Source: Tubiluchus corallicola
Lineage: Eukaryota; Animalia; Priapulida
DNA length: 64,000 bases
Assembly: GCA_030141605.1 (NCBI GenBank)
Contig: JAQGDQ010000092.1
Coordinates: forward strand, 62,001-126,000
Direction of reading: 5' to 3'
Under the pieces are notes generated by a model, which saw only the letters and a list, made by a program, of their open reading frames with translations, ran no database searches and was not told where the DNA came from. Made by a program: the position numbers and the translations under genes. Shown here one piece after another: positions 14,139-25,192 of the stretch. Each line of letters starts with the position of its first letter. Positions within the stretch are counted from its first letter, which is position 1.

Positions 14139-15462
14139 CATTCATTCATTCAAATTTTTTTTATTTATAAAATAAAATAAAATCTAAGTACAGGTACGAT
14201 ACATATATATACAAAATAATTACAAATACAAAAAGACCCCTCTATTTGCAGGGGAGAATGTTTTGACGTACTAACACCGGTACATGTATAATATTTATTA
14301 TGTAACCACCCTGTAAATTATCTCTAAAAGTGCTACGTAATTCCTCTGACACATGAACACAATCAAACAATGTAATTGTCCACAGAGACATACGCCACTT
14401 GGAAGCAAACCTATATGATGAAAGAAAAATTTAAAAAAGCCATGGCCGTGTATAAAACTGAGGGCTGTTGTCTCCAAGGCTCTATTGTTAGCAGCAGCAG
14501 GTAAAGCAATAGGGTATGTATCTGGAATAATGTGAAACATGTAGTTGCATATTTATAGTTGCATACATGTTAAATTTTCTGTGCCATACCGCCTTTTTAT
14601 ATATATTTACGGTAGCAAATATACGGCTAGCAAATTAAATTCTTGACATTTATCAAACAAACGATTTACCAAAAGTCTTTCCACTAATTTACCAACGTAA
14701 GAAGACAATGTAATCGGACGGTTGGGTTACAATAGTCATCTTTATTTTGTTTTCGAATAAATATAATTTTTGATACCGACCATGGCCATATGTTGGTTTA
14801 TAAACAAACTGTGCTCAAATTTAAGACTAGAGATCTAAGACTAAGCCCAATACCCGAAATGTTTCATCGTACACGGATGAATGCCATCCTGATCAACACT
14901 TGTGCCTGAAGCTTGTGTATGTTTATGGTGAATGCCCTGTCCAGACTGTTCACACCGGAGTCGGGAAAATTAAGTGAATTACAGAAATGATCCGCTTGCG
15001 TTTTCCACTCATCATCAAAAGATTCATTACCCAGGCGAGAGCCGGTAAAAAAGCTTATCTTCATCGGTAAAGTAAAATCTGTCTTTTTTCAAAATACCAA
15101 CATGGTTATCATTTCGCTTCTGAAATGCTTTCCAGAAGCGACTTCCTTTACATGAATTTAAATTAACAGCATTTGCAGTAACCCATTTATCCAGCTCAAC
15201 TGTAAGCGTGGACTTAAAATTCATCTTTTACTGCAACATAAGCATTAAGAGTACTAGGATGTGTATAATATTGATAGCGACTATTCAAAGTTCTAACTTT
15301 ATGAGACAACTCTTTCAATTAAGAATTCCAATATGGTTTGCTATGTTTGCTAATTGTCTTTTTAATCAGTGTTTCATCGCTGGTTTCATTTAACAGTTCT
15401 CTAAAAATTACCCAGGCAGCAATCGGGTCGTTACTGTTTAACTTTGTGGTAATTTCGGGAAA
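14139..15462 (-). mobile_element. 5'-truncated, internally deleted non-LTR retrotransposon (I/Jockey-group-like)
   Basis: Minus-strand frames give the EN-RT linker (KKTISKHSKPYWNS, SRFWKAF), the RT start (DQDGIHPCTMKH, WPWSVSKIIFIRK, RPITLSSYVGKLVERLLVNRL), then a C-terminal knuckle (FIHGHGFFKFFFHHIGLLPSGVCLCG). It ends in AATAAA plus a (GAAT)n tail at 14139-14165. Confidence 0.8.
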
Positions 15463-15465
15463 GAC

Positions 15466-15474
15466 AGAGAGAGC

Positions 15475-15541
<67 letters not shown>

Positions 15542-15615
15542 CGAGAGAGAGAGAATAATGGTAATAATAATAATAACAACAACAACAACAACAGTAATAA
15601 TAATAATAATAACAG
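15466..15615. repeat. Compound (GA)(GT)n(GA)n(AAT/AAC)n microsatellite
   Basis: Directly visible. Confidence 0.97.
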
Positions 15616-16065
15616 TAAATATTTCTTTTATTTCGTTATGTACAATTTTAATATAGCCCCTTGTGATGTACCCGCTAAAGGGGTGAGAGAGATTGAGTAA
15701 GCGATACAACTTCCGAAAATAATGAAACGCCGCGGCAACTCAAACGTTCAGAGTGTCTCAGCATCAGTTAACACGCACAAGCTACATTACATCTCTTCAA
15801 TGATTTGATTTGACCACAGTAGAAGTATATAAGCGCTAATGAGAAGGCTCGAGTATTGAGCGGCTTGATGAACTTGATTGTACCAGGGTTGAATGGAATG
15901 CATGAGCACATCGTTCCAATTCAGTCGAAGCCTTTTAGTTCTATCAACGCAACAAAGGCAGGGAACGTGACATGAAGACCTAAGCTGTGCTAGCCAGCCG
16001 CGCCGCGGAAACTTTGGCGATCATAGCCATTACAGACGCCAAAAAGTCACTAACTATAAACAATG

Positions 16066-16345
16066 TGTCGTCGTCGTCATCATCATTGTCACTCTCATCA
16101 TCATCATCATCATAATTATCATTATCATCATTATCACCATCATCATCATCATCACCATTATTCGTTATAGTCTTCTCAATCTCCTTGTCATCACCATCTT
16201 TCCTTCTTTATTGGTGTCGACATTGGTGTCGTCATTGTCATCATAGTTACCACCATAAATATCAGGATTATTGCCATCACCGCCACTGCAATTATCATTA
16301 TCATTGTCGTCGTCATTATTATAAACATCTACTGTAATAACAATA
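16066..16345. repeat. Degenerate (TCA/TCG/TTA)n trinucleotide region
   Basis: Runs of tcatcatca and gtcgtcgtc. Confidence 0.9.
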
Positions 16346-17025
16346 AGCAAAACAATAATCTAAAAACTGCAACTTAGGTCCACAAGGCATTAATTATACA
16401 GTATATGTGATGACAGGATGGTTTAAGAAACATCAAATAAAATCAGGTACAAATGATTGTGTTAAACTCGCCATTGATCATTATCCAAAAACAACAACAA
16501 CAATGAATGTGCGCTCAAACTCAGGCGCTAAATTAGTTATAACAATGCAGTGCCATTTATTGTAATTTATGTAAATTATGATTAATGAACAAACTCTTAT
16601 CATTACATCTTCCCTTCTCGGGATAAAACAAGCAACTTTATGAGTTACTACTTTAAAGGAACGATACACCTTGATCTGGTACCAAAATTGAAAATAGAAC
16701 ATAAGTGCTGACTTTCATGAATAAAACTTGGTATTTAAAATTGCCTATATCATGATAATGTCTATCCCTCCTTCAATCATGTTTAACCTTACTTTTTCCA
16801 AACAACTGAATGAAATTACCCATTATCTTATGAAACTTGGATGTCAAACACAATTTTTCAGGTTATAAATGTATCTAAAGTGAACAGTTAACCAAACTGA
16901 ACAAATCGTGTCAATAGTGATTTTGTTTTACAAAGCTAATTACGACTCTCAAATTTGTTCACTTTTTTAAATATTTAAACACAGTAGGACCTTCTAATTA
17001 AATCTAGCTACCTCAATAAAAAGGA

Positions 17026-18088
17026 CTATTCAGTACTGCAGTTTAAGTACAAACAAGATACAAACATGTATAATTCAAAACATGCAGTTTCAATAAGTTT
17101 ATTAGGTGGTTTGCTAACTCGTCCTGATCTGGTTTTGTAACCTTGTGGCAGTTGTTGTCTAGGTAGGTTAATAACAGGTGTCTGGCCAGCAGACACTTGT
17201 GGTTTCACAGTTGGTGTATGAGTATTAGTCATGACAGATGGTGGCATGTCTTTAATGTTCAGAAGATGCCAGCTTTTTCTTCTGGGTAGGGCTCCATTTT
17301 CTGTTCTCACCATGTAAGATCTGGGGGCTACTTGCTTTGCAACTTCTCCTTGCTCTGACCAGTCCTTTTGATGTGAAGTTCGAACCCAAAAGAGTCTCCA
17401 GTTACAAGTTCTGGCTAGCATGATTATCGAAGTAATATTTTTGTTTCAGTTTACAAGCTTGCTTCTCCTGAAGCACAATGTTGTCAGAGGTGCTACCTTT
17501 AAGAAGCTTGCGACCATCTGGTAAGTTTGTGCGTATAGAACGATTCATTAGCAATTGACAAGGGGAGTATCCATTATCGAGAGAGGTGTTGCAGTAGATC
17601 ATCAACCCCATTAATGGAGGTTCTTTGCCCTCATGAGCCTTCTTGAAGATTCTCTTTACAATCTTCACTGAATTTTCTGCAAGACCATTGGCTTGAGGAA
17701 AATGGGGGCTAGACGTGTTATGTCTGAAACCCCATTCCTTGGCGAATGTAGAGAACTCTGCACTCAAATAGCAGGTGCCATTGTCAGAGAACAATTCTTC
17801 AGGAACTCCATGACGAGAAAAAATTTTCTTCATAGCTAATATCACTATTTAATGTATTCGACGAGTATTTTTCTAGCGCCACTTTAAATTTTTTTTCACT
17901 TTAGTAACAGTCCATACTCTTTTAACTAAGCCTAGTCCCTGACAATCCTTTAATCCTAGTACAGACTGCACTTTTGACGGTGTCACAATAAACTCAGTGT
18001 TGTACAGCTCACCTTTATGCTGTATTTGTATTGCGCATTTTCCCTTTACAGGAATCTCACTACCTGCATACGCTGATAATTCATTTGC
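17026..18088 (-). mobile_element. Ty3/Gypsy LTR retrotransposon remnant: protease C-half joined to the integrase core and C-terminus
   Basis: IFSRHGVPEELFSDNG...TSSPHFPQANGLAENSVKIVK (integrase core), PRSYMVRTENG, TRSGRVSKPPNKL, and LSAYAGSEIPVKGKC...VLGLKDCQGLGLV (protease). Frameshifted; RT and RNase H absent. Confidence 0.93.
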
Positions 18089-18089
18089 G

Positions 18090-19300
18090 TAGGCTGCATA
18101 CCACAAGGCACACTTTTGGGTCCCTTGCTTTTCTGTCTTTATATTAACAATATATCTAAAACACTAACACATTGTAATATAACACAGTATGCTGACGACA
18201 CAACTATATATTTAGGCCACGAAAATCTAGCAACAGCTCAACGACTTTTAGAACAGGACATCGCAAACATTAACATAGCATTTACCCATTTAAAACTCAA
18301 ATTAAATAGCACCAAAACAGATTTCATGGTCCTTTCCCCGTTCTCAAATGACAATATAAGTAATACATCAATAAAAGTTGAAAATAGCATAATAAAACAG
18401 AAAAACAATGTAAGTTTTCTTGGTATCTGTGTAGATAACAAACTTTCTTGGGATAACCACTTTAATAAAATTTACGATAAAATGGCATGTGGAACTTCTT
18501 ACTTACGACAGGTAAAAGGTCAACTAACGAAACAGACAAAGTTATTAATTTTTAAAACTCTCATTCTACCGCACTTTTTGTACGGATGCACACTTTTTCA
18601 TGAAGTTTCAAGAGACAGCTATAACAAAAAAATAGTCTTCAAAATTATGCATTAAGATTAGGTGCTGGCTATTCAAATAAAATGTCCCTCATAACAAATC
18701 AAACCTCTGCAACAGAATTAAGAACAATGTTTAAAATCCCAATTTTACAAGCACATAAAGACTTCTACACAATCCTCTTTTTATATAAATACATCAACAA
18801 TATTAACACGCCCTTCATGAAAAATAAGCTTCCACTCCTCTTGGAGACAACATTAAATCCAAGAACACACAATATTAAACAAACATGCACTAATAACAAA
18901 TACGGCAACAATTCTATCACTAAACAAGGCGTTCAACTTTGGAATACCCTGCCATCAAATTTAAAACAAATCAAGTCTTTTGACAAATTCAAATCAAAAT
19001 TAAAAACACACACATTAAATCGATTTGAAAACCCAACATACGTAAACGATAATATATATTCATCCACAAATTTTATTTGCCCGCGTCCATTTTAAATTAT
19101 ATGTATATATTGTATATAGTCTATTATTAATTTCCGCATAATATTATTATGTATATTTTTGTTTTAAATTTTTAGCACAGTAGTTTTTAGTTTGCACTGG
19201 ACGCATTTGCCTTTAACAGTTGTGTGAATTTTATTCTCATGCTGCGATGTTCTTTTATGCTTTTATAGTTGTGAATATCGATTTTTTATGGCAAATAAAG

Positions 19301-19331
<31 letters not shown>
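18090..19331 (+). mobile_element. 5'-truncated CR1/L2-group LINE inserted inside the Gypsy protease
   Basis: PQGTLLGPLLFCLYINN, YADDTT, FLGICVDNKLSW, GVQLWNTLP...KFKSKLK; one break near 18655; ends in AATAAA plus (TA)n at 19293-19331. Confidence 0.93.
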
Positions 19332-19333
<2 letters not shown>

Positions 19334-19500
19334 CATAGTGTGGGCTGTTTCTTTAGACAATTGTAGTCTGAACTGCTTGAAACATTCACGTTTTCACCTG
19401 TGTCTAATTTCACGTGTAACTGCGAGCATTTATACACAGAGGCACAATCCATGCTGACCGGTGTTCTGCGTCTTCTACAGTTTTCATGCATTTAATTGCT
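19332..19500 (-). mobile_element. Gypsy protease N-half (catalytic DTG)
   Basis: AWIVPLCIN.../HVKLDTGENVNV...KKQPTL continues into the 18088 segment once the LINE is removed. Confidence 0.8.
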
Positions 19501-20321
19501 ATAATAAAACTAGCAGGAAGCGCTCAAGCATACAATAGCCAAAACCGAAGTCCTAAATTTATTTGTCTGATTGTTTTGATTAAAAACGTAGAGCTAAGAC
19601 AAGACAAGCAAACATGCAAAAATGTGTCTGTATCGGTATTATGCAGACTAGCAAAAGACTCACAAAATATTTTGTTCATTAAATAGAATTATAAACAATA
19701 ATTCAAACATATTTCACATAGTGCCTATCTACTTACCATTAATTTTGGCGATGGTGATAGACTGATTAACGTACCAAGTCCGCTTATAAGGCTATACGCT
19801 TTAGTAAACAGAGGTTATAGAGTTTTCCAAACGAGAATTTTTTGAAATGGAACCTGGAACAGACTCGTAGTTGTCTGTTCTGGTGAAGAAAATATTTTAA
19901 TATGTGTGTCATTTCTTCATGTACCATTTTTACCTGTGCCATTTTACCTACATTCTATATAGCATATATATTTACGTTTTGTATGAAGACTCAAGAGCAA
20001 GCAAAAAAACTATGGCCCAACTGCCACATAACTGTGGAAAGTATGTACAGCGTGTTTCTAGAAACAGTAGAAAAAACTTGTCGAAATTGTCCAGTACATG
20101 GCAGTGAAGCTAATGAAAGGATCCCGAATCCATGTTCATCACCCATCATTTTCCCTCTGCACAACCAGTTGCCAGCAATAGACATACAACGGCTACAAAG
20201 TAGTTCCAAACGACAAGTAGCACCATTAAAGGTGTTCTAACATTTCGCCGGCTCTTAGCCTACAAGGCGCATATACCGGAACTTTCCTACAATTTGCACA
20301 TTTTAGGCAATTGACGTCAAA

Positions 20322-21480
20322 CATATTGGTCTATCGCTCCGTCTCCGCTGTAACGTCAGTACGCTCAGAGGCTTTCGGAACAACAGCCACGCTGAACAAC
20401 TGTCTCAACTAAACTAAATAAACTAAACAGCATGACAGTCACAACTAAAGTCTAATCAGCAGATAAACTGATTGCACTTTTTCATAAACAGAAATTTGCA
20501 GAGCAGCAGCCATTTTTAAACCAAATTAACACTTCAAGTAGCCAAAAAATGACTGCAATTTAAACAGAATGTAGAGACGAAGTTTCAAAGCACTACAAAA
20601 TACAGAGATGTAAGTATACTAAAGAAACAAAGCCAGTTAGCCTTGTTTTACAATAACGGAGCAACAAAAATATTAAGTCTCTCTTGCCTTTGAACATACG
20701 AACATCATTCATGCTTGCGATGTATTTTTTCTGTATTAACTCGTTTGTAATCATATGCTCGTCTGCAATTATTCAGTTTTTGTATTTTTCCGTTTTTCGG
20801 CTAAGGAAATGAAATAAATTTGATTGTTCCATCCCATAGACGACCCTTATATTGAATGCCCGAGTTACACAAGTCCCAATGGCATCTTTTAACCATGATT
20901 ATAACCAGAAAAATGGCGTAAAATAGCTATACTACATTGAAGTATAATACAGGTTTTGAATTAATAATAATACCACATTTGAATTAATTTTGACTGTGAA
21001 GATCTCATTGAGGCTTAGAAAAACTGGCCAGAAAAGGAAAAATTTTGTTTTGTCCTTATTTAAAGTTAAACATTTTGTTTTGTCCTTATTTAAAATTAGT
21101 CAAATACTTGTTTTTATCTAACTTGCAAAGCCATAAACTAAACTAAACTGCGTATTTTCTTGACTGCAAAATGGTTTAATCGGCAACTCATAGACGTAAG
21201 CGTTGTGTATTTCTTCCTATAAACGAAACTAGACTATATATTACCACTAATTCACTTGCAATTTCAATTGACAATAATATATTTCTAGAACCAGGCCAAT
21301 ATTTCTCCCTCTAACTAATGAAAAGTTGAGCAATTTTCACAGCAGTGTTAGATGGAGCTTTAGCTAAATGTCCCGAACACACCTGCGTTAATTAAGCTCT
21401 GCAGGTGTGTGAGAATAACATGTACGCCGATTGGTCCACCAACGAAAATGATTGACATTATGTTAGACGTCAACTAATAG
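20322..21480 (-). mobile_element. Dispersed repeat, copy A, carrying a decayed THAP-domain exon (20688-20896)
   Basis: Colinear with 34381-35890. Minus strand reads MVKRCHWDLCNSGIQYKGRLWDGTIKFISFP*PK...CRRAYD, a THAP C2CH-type start (MVKRC.W..CN...F..FP). Confidence 0.75.
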
Positions 21481-21579
21481 GAAATGAATCTAAACAGCTG
21501 TTCTTCAGTTCACATTTTGTCTTGCGCTGCTGCTGCTGCTGTGGAGTCCACACGATAAGAAATACTTATTAATAAGAAG

Positions 21580-22400
21580 TACCTAAACGCTCAACCGGAG
21601 ATCACGCGGAAGCCGCAGCGCTTTTGATATTTTACTCACAATTTTTTGAAGTGCATAAAAATCACAATAATTATGCATTAAAACGTAGACCTTGTTAGTT
21701 TATTTGCACCACTTCTGATGTATATACAGCGTTTGTGAAAGACATAATTATTTCTTGATTCTACTCAGTGGAATACACTTTACGTTACTCAGTTTTGTGA
21801 CGATGCTCACGTGTTTTTTTTTTGTTAATTCATTTGAACAACAGTACCACATCATGCACATGACGTTCAAACCTAATATAGGTGAGGGTCAGGTTTAGGT
21901 ATTTTTAGACGAAATAAACCATAAATTTAGAATCTTTAGAGTTTTGCTGTACATGCACAGAAAATCAATAACAGGATACGTAGTTGTGAGGCAGATATGG
22001 AAGGAGCGCGCCACTGGGCGCGTGTGTGTGTGAGAGCCTGAGAGGGGAGGAGGGGAAATATCATGGCACGTGCAGATTATACAAAAGGCCAGCAAAAGTT
22101 TTACATGTTTGCCTTCATTTGAATCAGGTCAGAATTTCAGAATATGCCAAGCAAAATAGGTTACAAATTGACGTCTAGTTGCTATTTTATTACGGGTGTA
22201 ATTTCCGACACCAACCGCAAAAGTATTCGTGAATCGATTGTCTCAACCTGGAGATTGTTTTCAAGTTCACGTGGTTGAATCAAAGAATTCTCAATTTTTC
22301 ATGTCATACTATACAGCGAAGTGAAAACGTCGTAAAAACATTTGTTAAAAACAAAGGAAAGGCTTTGGAATAGAAAACGGAAGAGTGATGAATGATATCG
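21580..22400 (+). promoter_or_regulatory. Candidate MLH3 promoter and upstream exon ending at G|GTGAGG (22400)
   Basis: CpG-rich patches (CGCGGAAG, GCGCGCC..GGCGCG, CACGTG boxes). The MLH3 ATG at 25042 is preceded by an acceptor (ttgttctag, 25039), which suggests an upstream exon. Confidence 0.35.
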
Positions 22401-22710
22401 GTGAGGCATTTATATCTAAATGAAATTAAATAGTTTACCATTATTATCGATGGATTGTCAGTTTATGGAAAATTGTTTACAGTTCACGTACAGTCTGACA
22501 TTGTTGACCTTTCGTGTTTATTTTTACTACGAAATGCAAAATTGGTTAAAACATATTTTGAGTAAAACTTAATAACATTGGTTCGTTGTCTTCTAATTAA
22601 GATAACTCGAAAAATGTCGTAATATATTTTACCGTGGCAATTAATATTCTATTTCAATTTACACGTCTGAATTATTTTTGAAGCTAACTGTACAGTTAAA
22701 TTTTAATTTA

Positions 22711-23600
22711 CTTTAGTTTAGTTTATTCACATCCATTAGTACATAAAACAACATTCATAAAAAAATAAAAATACAGTGCAACTACTGTATGTCAATACAG
22801 TACAATATGGCAATGAGTTCCACATTGGAACAACACGGTTTGAGAAAAATTCACGAAAATGAGTTTTACATGTACGCCTTACAAAGAGGTTTAATGAGTG
22901 ATTACTCTTAGTTTTATTATTTGTTAAAGCTTTGGTAAAAAATGTTTTCCTGTTTAAATCAACATCTTGGTGCATAATTTTGTAACACATGCACAAGTCA
23001 GAAATTATGCATCTTTCTTCTAATGATTTAAGTCTCAGAATTTGTAATCTATGTGGATACGACTCATAATTAATTCCACATCTATTACAAATGCGTCTTG
23101 CAAAGTATCACCGAACATTTTCTACAACATCTAAATCATCAAGCAGATAAGGAATCCACATAGGAGAACATTATTTCCAGATATTCAACCAATGGTCTGA
23201 CATATATTTTATAAGCTTTCAATAATGATTGTTTGTTCCTAACAGAAAAAATTCTAAAGATCATATTGATTATCCGTTTGCTTTTGTACCAAGATCACGA
23301 AACATTACTAGTCTCAATGGCCAGATTTTGTCAATAATAGTTATTACCGGGATCATTTCTACCAATATGCAATGTGTTACATTCAGGTAGAGCTATGGTC
23401 AGTTGTCATAGGTCTGCCCATGTTTTGATTTTGTCAAGAGTTAACTGGATATCAAAAGTACCATCATTCTTAAGACATTTTTTAGTTTGGCATCATCAGC
23501 AAATAATTTTAGTGTTTCCAGTCCTACATTACCTGGCAGATCATTTATGAATAACAAAAATAACAAAGGCTCGAGTACACTGCCTGTGGAACTCCCGATG
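22711..23600 (-). mobile_element. Decayed CR1 LINE, 3' portion
   Basis: GSVLEPLLFLLFINDLP, FADDAKL, YVRPLVEY, SDLCMCYKIMH, FFSNRVVPMWNSLP; AATAAA plus (CTAAA)n tail at 22711-22730; many stops and frameshifts. Confidence 0.88.
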
Positions 23601-23844
23601 TTACAGGCATATAGTTTTTGCTAGACCCTGGAAGGCAGTTGTCTCCTTGTCCCCTACTTTGCCCCTAACTGGGTTACAGGTTAACGATTCACACTGTAAC
23701 CTATACCATTCGATTTGCCTCATCAACCCCTGGGCCTGAAATTGAGAAGACACAGCAGAGATCTTATCGAGATTTTTTTTTAAATGCTGACTAGGAAAGA
23801 AAACGTCTTGCCTGAAAATTTCTTTAATGTAGTTGTTCATTCAA

Positions 23845-24010
23845 AAACTAGGTGACATGGTTTGAAACTTTTTAAAGAGCGGTCACATCTTGATGTTCGT
23901 AAATATTCATTTACTGTGAGATTAGTGAACAAATGGAATAATTTACCTGCAATAATGATAGCTGCACCCAACCCTAGTAAAATTTTGATCTTTAATTGAC
24001 AATTACTTTG
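23845..24010 (+). mobile_element. CR1 LINE 3'-end fragment
   Basis: HGLKLFKERSHLDVRKYSFTVRLVNKWNNLPA, the classic CR1 ORF2 terminus. Confidence 0.8.
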
Positions 24011-24639
24011 TGGAAAAATATGTGGTTTTTTGTTTTTTGCTTATCCTAATTATAAGTTGTGACAGTATACAGGTGATGTTGCTTTGTTTTGAAAGTTCTG
24101 CAAGCATGGCTTCTGCATACTATCACTGAGTGCCACATTACGTACTGACTAAATCACTGAATATTACCAAATGTCCGTAAATGACCATTACATTCAAATT
24201 TTAAAAATTCCAGCAAAATCTTCTGCAGTCATTGCCTTTTCAGTAATTATCATAATAACAGTTGCAGTTGTAAAAGGTATTAGTGATTCGTGTTACTGTG
24301 GAAAGGAACAAATTCAGCTTTATGACTCGCATGTAATATCTAAATTTATTAAATTGGTGTGTTACCTAGGACTCATTTTTACACTTACTTTGGAGCTACC
24401 ATGATACCAGCTCATTGCATATGGAATACGCCTACAGATTTAGTTGGTTTCCTTTATCTTGGCTGCATTTTTGAGAAAATAAAAACAACTCAGTTTTTAT
24501 TAACCTTATCATTTTTTTAACCAAGACCACGCAGTTATTTGTAATAAAGGTGGCCTCGAATATATCTATGTAAAAATGGTGTTCCAAATTTATGTTCCCA
24601 TGTTGTATGCACTGTTTTTTGTGCAACACTTTTCCGTGA

Positions 24640-24845
24640 TGCAGATGCTAGTGCGCATGTAACTAGCAAATGGCGAAATGCACGTAGCAGTGAAGAATTA
24701 GTCACGTAAATGCAAAATTACACTCCTGTGGTAATAATTCTTTCACATAAGTTATTCTTGAAAAAATATTATAGTTACCTTTCTGTACTTTATAGGGCAG
24801 ATTGTTTTATCCTATAGTTATAGATTTTGTGTGGATTCCCTTTAA
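24640..24845 (+). mobile_element. Partial copy of a TTAA-ended (Kolobok-like) non-autonomous repeat
   Basis: TAACTAGCAAATGGCGAAA...GTGGTAAT...TTGAAAAAATA...AGATTGTTTT is shared with 45290-45430; ends in CCCTTTAA. Confidence 0.55.
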
Positions 24846-25041
24846 TGTAGCAGCTATTTCTGGCAAATTTACTTGATAAACTAAATTGGCCATTGGCAAT
24901 ATGCTGGCTCTTTGCACTGATTGGTCTAATTGTTGGTTGTTTTGATGTTTAAATTTATTTTAGTATAATTAATGTTTTTATAGGCACCATGCTTTGGTCT
25001 GCAGGTATTAATAACTGTAATAAATTTTGCTTGTTCTAGCA

Positions 25042-25192
25042 ATGACTACAGTAGTTGATGAAGATTTAAACTTCACCGAGAAGCATATCACTAAGCTACC
25101 TTTGGCTGTTCATAATGTTATTCATTCAGAGATCGTAATTGCTACTGCATCGCAGTGTGTTGGACAACTTATCTATAATGCGCTCGATGCCG
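25042..25192 (+). CDS. MLH3: MLH3 coding exon 1
   Basis: ITKLPLAVHNVIHSEIVIATASQCVGQLIYNALDA; donor G|GTATGC. Confidence 0.9.
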
